Of a stretch of DNA of 64,000 nucleotides, positions 8,901-16,099 are shown one piece after another. This DNA is from Candidatus Saccharicenans sp. (GTDB lineage: Bacteria > Acidobacteriota > Aminicenantia > Aminicenantales > Saccharicenantaceae): assembly GCA_024653215.1 (NCBI GenBank), contig JANLFU010000002.1, forward strand, positions 147,337 to 211,336. The letters run 5' to 3'. Below the pieces are notes generated by a model. That model had not been told where the DNA came from. It worked only from the letters and a program-made list of their open reading frames with translations, and did no database searches. The position numbers were made by a program, and so were the translations under genes. Every line of letters begins with the position of its first letter. Position 1 is the first letter of the stretch.

Positions 8901-9646
8901 TCGAGTTCTCATCACAGCCCGGCTTTACTTACGATTTTTATAGTAACGATTTCGAAGAGGAAGGAGACCCGGTGTTGGAACTTGCCTATGCGCTTACCGT
9001 TCATAAGGCGCAGGGCAGTCAGTTTCGTCTTGTAATACTCGTCCTGCCAGAAGGTCACCCGATCATGTCAAGGGAGCTCGTTTATACCGCGCTTACCCGT
9101 CACCAGGACAGGATCGTGGTGATGCACCAGGGCCCACTAACCATACTAAAAGAGTTATCTGCTCCCCATCGTTCCGAGACCGCCCGTCGCATGACAAACC
9201 TGATGCAGCCGTGCAAGATGCTAGAGTTCCCACAAGCCAGGGGTAGCCTGTTTCTCCAGGAAGGTTTGATCCATCGCACCCGCAAAGGACTGGCCGTGCG
9301 CTCCCGTGCCGAAGTCATCATCGCAGACGCCCTGACCGACGCCAATGTCTCATTTGAATACGAGAAACCGCTTATGCTTGGCGGTTCAACCCGATATCCA
9401 GATTTCACCATTGAGGATGAAATCTCAGGCCGGACCTACTACTGGGAACATCTTGGGCTGCTCCATCGCGCTGACTACAGACGCAGTTGGAATGAGAAAC
9501 TCAAATGGTATCGAGATCACGGTATAAAACCTCGTGAGGAAGGCGGCGGGGTGAACGGCACACTGATCATTACCCGGGACAATGCTGATGGAGGAATTGA
9601 TTCACAATCGATTGCCAAAATCATCAAGGAGGTCTTCGGTGGCTGA
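5948..9646 (+). CDS. 1232-aa protein: unknown Cys-rich N-domain + RecD2/AAA_30-type SF1 helicase + PD-(D/E)xK-like C-domain
   Basis: The ATG overlaps the hsdM stop (ATGA, 5948-5951). Motifs: RecD2-type NPYRIFEL region, Walker A GSAGTGKTS (~7821-7847), VIVDESSML, FVGDPSQLPPIG (~8146-8185), TVHKAQGSQF. The C-terminal AEVIIADAL...YPDFTIED...YYWEHLG (~9300-9460) is restriction-endonuclease-fold-like. I recognise no family for residues 1 to ~330 (ISIRVPWHDSGWTGVVC...C...CC). Confidence 0.75.
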   Translation: MKAKIDFPVRHISIRVPWHDSGWTGVVCRAPHLNGACARLKRIADNKKEDQERLIAGKRLDELPREQWPCCVDERSTFMAEFELEVLKKHALAEINPDQYGHFKPTPQRYPAYSAGIVPFQWMMRPNINHYGNLYDLDVDEGREPKLGYESNWIHEFRNQRALLEGFAAHLREEESLCLFYAKHVPFAEGTGRVLIAVGRINKIGELIEYNREGHGPPGMVWERPIQHSIRPKGNDGFLMPYYEVLDRAAQDSSLDMERYTARVPEEHWDEFSYASELVTNDGAIGALLSMDAVLARIENELGVATGGQRKWLHDELVRLWKVRGPFPGLGAVLTSFGMSRGLFVAHAIQQKAGKNADPWPLVDRAFCEPSSVLPKELQRDLKELCPTWKGLSEERRDFLRLISRFEITVEQAENLYDEDSRKRAGWGGTDREILQNPYRIFELSRHDFEGVKLLTVDRGVFPDDTVRLLHPLEEPSRLCSAVDWRRIRAFAVAALEDAALNGHTLLPRDKVVEAIRSYPIKPECPVTSDILTANSKNMTPEIVPVELDGESGFQLERYKKIGDEVRRQVLGRLAGGRHVVKGDWKALLDEKFGIAKDDEEKRAREEKAAALAELAEARFGVLVGSAGTGKTSLLGILCAQPEIKKDGVLLLAPTGKARVRMQELVGAGAKAMTIAQFLNQWSRYDGRNGRYHVSDGPKASGYGTVIVDESSMLTEDMLGAIFDALQGVKRFIFVGDPSQLPPIGAGKPFVDIIAKIRPSDCERRFPRVGPGYAELTIERRQGGQDRPDLRLARWFSLSPPSAGDDDVFFDDAKEHPTIRFIEWKKPEDFQTKLLEVLVQELKLSGIEDIRGFNKAMGATVTEKYDYFNPTRNGKVSAVQAVDAWQILSPLRGMPFGVGDINRQIHERFRAGFLELASRHRRHIPKPFGAERIVYGDKVINLSNHRRDGKKVYPQEGAIGYLANGEIGIVVGLWKTNGNPKILKVEFSSQPGFTYDFYSNDFEEEGDPVLELAYALTVHKAQGSQFRLVILVLPEGHPIMSRELVYTALTRHQDRIVVMHQGPLTILKELSAPHRSETARRMTNLMQPCKMLEFPQARGSLFLQEGLIHRTRKGLAVRSRAEVIIADALTDANVSFEYEKPLMLGGSTRYPDFTIEDEISGRTYYWEHLGLLHRADYRRSWNEKLKWYRDHGIKPREEGGGVNGTLIITRDNADGGIDSQSIAKIIKEVFGG

Positions 9647-11042
9647 TAAGCCTGACATCGGAAACCTCAAGCCCTATCCCGCTTACAAAGACTCCGGGGT
9701 GCCATGGCTGGGCCAGGTGCCTGCGCATTGGGCGGTGGTGCGCTTGGGGGCCCTTCTGCGAGAACGCATGGAGTTTAACGATGATCTCCGTATTACCGAA
9801 GTTCTCTCAGTAACAAAACATCGGGGAGTAATTCCTTATAAAGAAAAAGGAAACATTGGAAATAAAAAGTCGGATGATATAACACGTTACAAAATTGTAA
9901 GACCAAATGACATTGTCGTTAACTGCATGAACGTGATCATTGGGTCTGTAGGATTGTCCAGACAAACAGGGTGCTTGAGTCCTGTATATTACGTACTCAT
10001 GCAGAGAACCGAAAATGATAATATTCTTTATTTAAACGCATGCTTTCAAACAAAACCATTTCAAGAAAGCCTTATCCGAATTGGTAACGGCATTTTAGCC
10101 CATCGTATGCGTATTCCGATGGAACTCTTGAAATGTGAGCCGTTTCCAAGACCCGCTGCCGAGGAACAGACCGGCATCGTCCGCTTTCTCGATTACGTGG
10201 ACCGGCGGATACGACGAGTGATCCGGGCGCGGCAAAGAAGGGTCAAGCTCCTTGAGGAATACAAGCAGGCACTCATCCACCAGGCTGTTACTGGCCAGAT
10301 CGATGTCCGCACCGGCAAACCCTATCCTGCTTACAAAGACTCCGGCGTGGAGTGGCTGGGCCAGGTGCCTGCGCATTGGGAGGTTAGGCGATTAAAATGT
10401 ATATGCCGACTTATTTATGGTGATGCATTACCGGAAGCATCTCGAAAAGATGGGGGGGTACCAGTATATGGTTCGAATGGTAGAGTTGGGTTTCACGATG
10501 TATCCAATACGCATTCACCTTGTATTATCTTAGGAAGAAAAGGGTCTTTCGGAAAAATTCAGTATTCTGATGTACCTGTTTTCGCAATTGATACAACTTA
10601 CTTTGTCGATAGCATAAACACAACGGTTAATTTAAGATGGCTTTTCTTTGTTCTTAATTGTGTGCGTCTGGATGAGGTATCTAAAGACTCCGCTGTCCCT
10701 GGTTTAGATCGTGAAGATGCCTACAGATGTTTATTACCTTTACCTCCTAACCCCGAACAAAATGCTATCGTAGAATACCTCAATGTTCTTACAGCTAAGA
10801 TCGATACAGTCATTGCCGCCTCTCAACGAGAGATTGAGCTTCTGCGAGAGTATCGCGAGCGAATCATCGCCGATGTCGTTACAGGCAAGGTGGATGTGCG
10901 TGAGGTGGCGGCAAAGTTACCTGAGGAGCCACCAGAGGAGATTGAATTGATGGAAGAGGATGAATTAGCCGAGAGTAAGGAAGAAAATCGGGAGGAAGGC
11001 GATGGCTTTACAGAAGAAATATCTGAGGAGGATGACCGATGA
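9639..11042 (+). CDS. hsdS: Type I R-M specificity subunit S (two TRDs)
   Basis: The repeated conserved block KPYPAYKDSGV(P/E)WLGQVPAHW precedes each AT-rich target-recognition domain. The central and C-terminal coiled-coil conserved regions read EYKQALIHQAVTGQIDVR and EYRERIIADVVTGKVDVR. GTG 9639 overlaps the upstream stop (GTGGCTGA). The listed ATG 9582 would overlap by 65 nt. Confidence 0.9.
   Translation: MADKPDIGNLKPYPAYKDSGVPWLGQVPAHWAVVRLGALLRERMEFNDDLRITEVLSVTKHRGVIPYKEKGNIGNKKSDDITRYKIVRPNDIVVNCMNVIIGSVGLSRQTGCLSPVYYVLMQRTENDNILYLNACFQTKPFQESLIRIGNGILAHRMRIPMELLKCEPFPRPAAEEQTGIVRFLDYVDRRIRRVIRARQRRVKLLEEYKQALIHQAVTGQIDVRTGKPYPAYKDSGVEWLGQVPAHWEVRRLKCICRLIYGDALPEASRKDGGVPVYGSNGRVGFHDVSNTHSPCIILGRKGSFGKIQYSDVPVFAIDTTYFVDSINTTVNLRWLFFVLNCVRLDEVSKDSAVPGLDREDAYRCLLPLPPNPEQNAIVEYLNVLTAKIDTVIAASQREIELLREYRERIIADVVTGKVDVREVAAKLPEEPPEEIELMEEDELAESKEENREEGDGFTEEISEEDDR
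9669..9732 (+). repeat. hsdS internal direct repeat, copy 1 (64 bp)
   Basis: aagccctatcccgcttacaaagactccggggtgccatggctgggccaggtgcctgcgcattggg. About 58/64 nt are identical to 10317..10380. Confidence 0.9.
10317..10380 (+). repeat. hsdS internal direct repeat, copy 2 (64 bp)
   Basis: aaaccctatcctgcttacaaagactccggcgtggagtggctgggccaggtgcctgcgcattggg. Confidence 0.9.
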
Positions 11043-14000
11043 AACCAACCGACACCAGCGAAGCCGGGCTTGAGAGCCTGATCTGCCGGGCACTTACCGG
11101 CAGTGATTGCCTGCCCCGGCCCATCGGGACCTCATCAGCTGTTGGTGAAACACCGGCGCCCTCCAGCCATGCGGGCTGGATTCCTGGTGACCCTTCTGAT
11201 TACGATCGGGAGTACTGCGTTGACTTAGTTCAGCTTTCGGCCTTTCTCCGCTCAACTCAGCCTGAAGTCGCTGAAGCTCTCGACCTGAACAATGACAGCC
11301 CTACGCGGCGTAAGTTTCTGGCTCGGCTGCAGGGTGAAATTAGTAAGCGCGGCGTGGTGGATGTATTGCGCAAGGGAATTCAACACGGGCCATACAGCAT
11401 CGATCTTTTCTACGGTACACCTTCTCCTGGAAATGAGCAGGCCCGAGCGCGGTATGAACAAAACCGCTTCTCTGTTACGCGACAACTCCGATACAGCAGA
11501 GAAGAAACGCAGCGGGCGCTGGACATTGTGCTATTTATCAACGGTTTGCCGATTTTTACATTTGAGCTCAAAAATCGCCTCACAAAACAGACTGTATATG
11601 ATGCTATCGAGCAATACAGGCGTGACCGTGACCCGCACGAAAAATTATTTGAATTGGGGCGTTGTTTGGCGCACTTTGCGGTTGATGATAATGAGGTCTA
11701 TTTTTGCACACACCTTAAGGGTAAGGCGTCCTGGTTTCTGCCCTTCAACAAGGGATGGAATGACGGTGCCGGAAATCCACCAAATCCAAATGGCATAATG
11801 ACCGATTATCTCTGGCGGCAGGTTCTCAGCAGAGAAAGTCTGACCAACATCCTGGAAAACTATGTACAACTCATTGAGGAAAAGGACCAAACAACAGGCA
11901 AGAAGCGGAGGAGGCAGATCTTCCCCCGCTATCACCAGCTTGATGTAGTGAGAAAACTCTTAGCAGATGTGGCGGCGAATGGAGTCGGCCGAAGGTATCT
12001 CATTCAGCATTCTGCCGGGAGCGGTAAATCTAACTCCATTGCCTGGCTGGCCCACCAGATGATTGGCCTCGAAAGGGAAGGTAAGCCCATTTTTGATTCT
12101 ATTATCGTTGTAACCGACAGGCGGATCCTGGACCAGCAAATCAAGGACACGGTCAAACAATTCGCTCAGGTGAGTGCCACGGTTGGGCATGCCGAGCGTT
12201 CTGGCGACCTGCGGCAGTTTATCGAGAGCGGAAAAAAGATCATTATAACAACGCTTCAGAAGTTCCCGTTTATCCTTGATGATATTGGCAACGAACATCG
12301 CAACCGCAACTTTGCCATAATAATCGACGAAGCACACTCGAGCCAAGGTGGCCGCACCACAGCCAAAATGCACAAGGCCCTGTCCAAGGCAGGTCAAGAG
12401 GGCGATGATGAGACATTTGAAGATAAGATAAATAGATTAATAGAGGCTCGGAAGCTTTTACCTAATGCCAGCTACTTTGCCTTCACTGCTACGCCGAAGA
12501 ACAAGACACTGGAGATGTTTGGTAAACCCGACCCACAACCTGACGGCACGATCAAACACAGACCTTTTCATTGCTATACCATGAAGCAGGCGATCCAGGA
12601 AGGATTTATCCTGGATGTACTGGCTAACTACACGCCGATAAAGAGCTACTACAAACTTGTCAAAAAGATCGAGGACGACCCGGAATTTGATGTAAAAAAA
12701 GCGCAAAAGAAGCTACGCAGATTTGTGGAAAATCACGATTATGCTATCCGGCTCAAGGCCGAAATAATGGTTGACCACTTTCATGAACAGGTGATTGCGA
12801 AAGGCAAGATTGGTGGTCAGGCCAGGGCGATGGTTGTGACCGATGGAATAGAGAAAGCAATTCAGTATTTCCATGCCTTTCAGGCTTACCTGGCCGAAAG
12901 AAAAAGCCCCTATCGGGCCATAGTTGCTTTCTCCGGCGAGCATGATTTTGGCGGGCAAAAGGTTACCGAGGCCAGTCTTAATGGCTTCCCTTCGAACCAG
13001 ATTGCTGACAAGATTCGGGAAGAGCCTTATCGGTTTTTAATCTGTGCTGATAAATTTCAGACGGGCTATGATGAGCCCCTTATGCATACCATGTACGTGG
13101 ATAAAGTATTATCCGGTGTCAAGGCAGTACAGACACTTTCGCGTCTTAATCGTGCCCATCCCCAGAAACATGACACATTCATCCTGGATTTCATCAACGA
13201 CCCGGAGACGATCCGGATGGCTTTTGAACCGTACTACAGAAGCGCTATCCTCGCTGACGAGACCGATCCAAATAAGTTGCACGACCTCAAAGGTGAGCTT
13301 GACCGTTATGAGGTATATGCCTCTCAGCAGGTTGATGAACTGGTCAAGCTATACCTTGGCGGGGCAGACCGCGACAAGCTCGATCCCATCCTGGACGGTT
13401 GTGTGGCGAGATATGTCGAGCTCGATGAGGACGGTCAAGTTGATTTTAAGGCTAAAGCCAAAGTGTTTATTCGTACATATAGCTTCTTGTCCTCCATTCT
13501 CCCATACACTAATGCTGCTTGGGAGAAACTATCCATTTTTCTCAATTTCCTTGTACCCAAGCTGCCGGCACCGAAGGAAGAAGATTTATCCAAGGGCATT
13601 CTCGAAGCTATCGATATGGACAGCTACCGGATCGAGAAGCAGGCGAGCATGCGGATCATTCTTTCAGATGAAGATGGTGAGATAGAACCTGTACCCGGTA
13701 TGGGCGGAGCACGCAAGCCAGAACCTGTACTTGATCGTCTTTCGAATATCATCAAGGCTTTCAACGAACAATTTGGTAATATACCCTGGAGTGACGCCGA
13801 TCGGGTCCGGAAGCTGATCATTGAAGAGATTCCAGCTCTTGTGGCAGCGGACACTGCTTATCAAAATGCACGAAAGTATTCTGATAAACAGAATGCCAGA
13901 ATAGAGCACGATAAAGCACTTATTCGAGTAATAACGAACCTGTTCAAAGATGATGCCGAACTATTTAAGCAATTCAGCGACAATGAATCGTTCCGACGGT

Positions 14001-14053
14001 GGCTGACGGACACAGTATTTTCATTGACTTACAGCCAGGCTGGTAACCAGTGA
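11039..14053 (+). CDS. hsdR: Type I restriction endonuclease subunit R (SF2 translocase + N-terminal nuclease)
   Basis: The ATG overlaps the hsdS stop (ATGA, 11039-11042). Nuclease motif DIVLFINGLPIFTFELKN, Walker A HSAGSGKSNS, DEAH box IIIDEAHSSQ, then TATPKNKT and QTLSRLNR. Confidence 0.9.
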   Translation: MKPTDTSEAGLESLICRALTGSDCLPRPIGTSSAVGETPAPSSHAGWIPGDPSDYDREYCVDLVQLSAFLRSTQPEVAEALDLNNDSPTRRKFLARLQGEISKRGVVDVLRKGIQHGPYSIDLFYGTPSPGNEQARARYEQNRFSVTRQLRYSREETQRALDIVLFINGLPIFTFELKNRLTKQTVYDAIEQYRRDRDPHEKLFELGRCLAHFAVDDNEVYFCTHLKGKASWFLPFNKGWNDGAGNPPNPNGIMTDYLWRQVLSRESLTNILENYVQLIEEKDQTTGKKRRRQIFPRYHQLDVVRKLLADVAANGVGRRYLIQHSAGSGKSNSIAWLAHQMIGLEREGKPIFDSIIVVTDRRILDQQIKDTVKQFAQVSATVGHAERSGDLRQFIESGKKIIITTLQKFPFILDDIGNEHRNRNFAIIIDEAHSSQGGRTTAKMHKALSKAGQEGDDETFEDKINRLIEARKLLPNASYFAFTATPKNKTLEMFGKPDPQPDGTIKHRPFHCYTMKQAIQEGFILDVLANYTPIKSYYKLVKKIEDDPEFDVKKAQKKLRRFVENHDYAIRLKAEIMVDHFHEQVIAKGKIGGQARAMVVTDGIEKAIQYFHAFQAYLAERKSPYRAIVAFSGEHDFGGQKVTEASLNGFPSNQIADKIREEPYRFLICADKFQTGYDEPLMHTMYVDKVLSGVKAVQTLSRLNRAHPQKHDTFILDFINDPETIRMAFEPYYRSAILADETDPNKLHDLKGELDRYEVYASQQVDELVKLYLGGADRDKLDPILDGCVARYVELDEDGQVDFKAKAKVFIRTYSFLSSILPYTNAAWEKLSIFLNFLVPKLPAPKEEDLSKGILEAIDMDSYRIEKQASMRIILSDEDGEIEPVPGMGGARKPEPVLDRLSNIIKAFNEQFGNIPWSDADRVRKLIIEEIPALVAADTAYQNARKYSDKQNARIEHDKALIRVITNLFKDDAELFKQFSDNESFRRWLTDTVFSLTYSQAGNQ

Positions 14054-14150
14054 TAGGAATAAAGTCTAACGACAACTAAAGCTTGGAATTGAATGCAGAT
14101 GTTACCGGCTATTGTAAGATTATTCTTGTGTTATGTTTATTTAATATATT

Positions 14151-15299
14151 TTATATACTTAAGAACTGACTAAAGCTCATATTTAAATTGAGCTCTTTTA
14201 ATATAGACATTACGGTTCCTACAGGGATATCTTTTGTATGTTTTGGGATAGGTATTCTTTTGCCACTAGATGATTGCCAAATTACATGAGAGCCGTTGCC
14301 TTGTCTTTGAAGCTTTATGTTTTTAAGCTTTTTGAGCTTTTTTATGAGCTCTTTGTATCTTATTGATCTGATATGTTTAGGAACTATATTCCATATCATA
14401 GATTTACTATTTATCAGATAGCAAACCTGGTCGATTCGGATTAAAGGAGTAAGGGCATGGGTAAACATTGTCCATATTTCTTTTGACCTATAATTAGAGG
14501 AAATGGCATATTTCATTAAATTATCGATGAAAAGTAGCTGATATTCTTGTTCTTGTTGATTAGTGTAAATATCATATGCTTTCCTATAACCAGGAGGGTT
14601 TCCTTTTACATATAAAAGCAGAGCTTCTAAAAGATTATATTTTTCCGTTTTTTCAGAAACATTATTATTAATATAGTCAAAAGTTTTACTGATTAATTTT
14701 ACGTTTGCCAGTGCTTCTTCAAGACAATCGTCTTTATCAGCTGTTTTGGCATAATAATCATTAAAAGCAGTAACATAGATCTTTTTCATGTGGGTTAATT
14801 CTAATTTAGCTGCAAAGCTTTCAACAGCACTATGAAATGCCTCGTGATAAAATAACGCATGCATTGCTATTTTAGGGAAATATTTTATATCAGGTAAATT
14901 TTTAGTTGGGTAAAGCTTGATTAAGCGCTGAGCAAGTATAAATATTCCTTCCAATGATATGTATATGCCCCATTTATCCGGGTAGTACTCATGGAATGGA
15001 AGATAAAAAGCCAAGGCATCAGGGGGTGGAGTTACGTCTCCTTTTGGAAGGGGGACGGGGCTTCCTGGCTTCTTAATTTTAGCTCCAAAAACGCTTAAAT
15101 CAAATAGCGGCTCCGAAAAAGTTATGTTATTAATTGCAAAATATTGGCTTTCAAATAATTCTTGGAATAGTCCATCGAAATCCAAGTTATCGGGGGACAA
15201 GATAATCCAATTGGAATCTTCGCTTTGAGGGAAATTTTTCAGTGAAAATACCTCTGGTAAATCTTGGTAAAGGGCATCAATCTTCTTTTGGGTATCCAT
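14151..15299 (-). CDS. Fusion protein: ~310-aa HExxH domain (possibly ImmA/IrrE-like) + C-terminal HicA-like domain
   Basis: 382 aa, about 30% GC. HEAFH is encoded at 14832-14846, followed about 35 aa later by CLEEALAN (compare the ExxAN of M78 peptidases). The C-terminal ~65 aa, QGNGSHVIWQSSSGKRIPIPKHTKDIPVGTVMSILKELNL, match the HicA/YcfA signature. GGAGGAATTATTA precedes the ATG. No HicB-like ORF is adjacent. Confidence 0.55.
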   Translation of the reverse strand: MDTQKKIDALYQDLPEVFSLKNFPQSEDSNWIILSPDNLDFDGLFQELFESQYFAINNITFSEPLFDLSVFGAKIKKPGSPVPLPKGDVTPPPDALAFYLPFHEYYPDKWGIYISLEGIFILAQRLIKLYPTKNLPDIKYFPKIAMHALFYHEAFHSAVESFAAKLELTHMKKIYVTAFNDYYAKTADKDDCLEEALANVKLISKTFDYINNNVSEKTEKYNLLEALLLYVKGNPPGYRKAYDIYTNQQEQEYQLLFIDNLMKYAISSNYRSKEIWTMFTHALTPLIRIDQVCYLINSKSMIWNIVPKHIRSIRYKELIKKLKKLKNIKLQRQGNGSHVIWQSSSGKRIPIPKHTKDIPVGTVMSILKELNLNMSFSQFLSI

Positions 15300-16099
15300 T
15301 AATAATTCCTCCTAAAATAAGGCATTTTTAAGGATAAATTAATTAGTCAAAATCATTAATTTTGTCAATAAGATGAACTCTTACCGGTTGTGCCGGTTTA
15401 ATATTTAATTTGGTATTGTTGAAAATTGTTCAAAATATATCATCAGCATTCTATTGATTTTCAATATCATTTTGCTGAATGAGCCAGCGACCGTTATGAA
15501 ACCTTGATGAATGTTTCTGGCCTGATATAGGTACAACCTTTAGCCCACTATCATTAAATAAGAGGCGAGAAGCCTCTGGTGCGAGCACAGAAGGAAATAC
15601 TCCTACCAACAGGTTCCTTAGTTTATCTTGCTGATGCCCTTATAAATCATATTGGTGGAAGAGATACATCGTTTGCCGACCTTCATAAAGCTTATAGGGC
15701 CGAATAGAATCTCGCAGGCCTTTCCCCGGGCAGCTAATAGCTTTAAGAGGTTAGTATATTGGTTTAGCCAATCAAGTCGGCACCAAAGCTTGACTGAAAT
15801 ATTAAAGAATTTGAACAGTATAAATATAAAAATTAATCTGTAAATTATATAAATATCACCCTTAAAATCATCGGAGGGGGTGATGAAATCAATAATCAGC
15901 ATTATTTATCTTTTTTGTGATTTTATTTCGCTCTAATGGGCACAAATGGGCAGAGATTGCATACCTCAGCTATCTGGTGTGATTGATGTTATGTGCGGGA
16001 ATGTGAACGAGTTGGTTGATCAGACTGCTGAATGTTGTCCTTTCAATACCATTTCTTTGCATTAGCAATATCTGTAAAAAATGCTATTGGAGTTTGCTA

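Noticed and set aside
9582-9638. ATG 9582 as the hsdS start
   Set aside because: It would overlap the upstream gene by 65 nt and add a basic, non-conserved leader. GTG 9639 gives the same kind of stop/start overlap seen at the other two junctions, and begins just before the conserved KPYPAYKDSG block.
11292-13685. Internal alternative-frame ORFs within hsdR (11292..11798, 13044..13685, and the minus-strand ORFs)
   Set aside because: They are embedded in a CDS with a full set of HsdR motifs. They have no independent signals.
15618-15902. ORFs 15618..15902 (-) and 15652..15843 (+)
   Set aside because: They are mutually antisense, have no SD and no motifs, and have odd composition. They are treated as non-coding or a possible gene remnant.
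16016-16099. TTG 16016 as the start of the helicase-nuclease gene
   Set aside because: The extra 28 aa are hydrophobic and Cys-rich with no SD. ATG 16100 has GGAG 8 nt upstream and begins directly at the wHTH-like domain.
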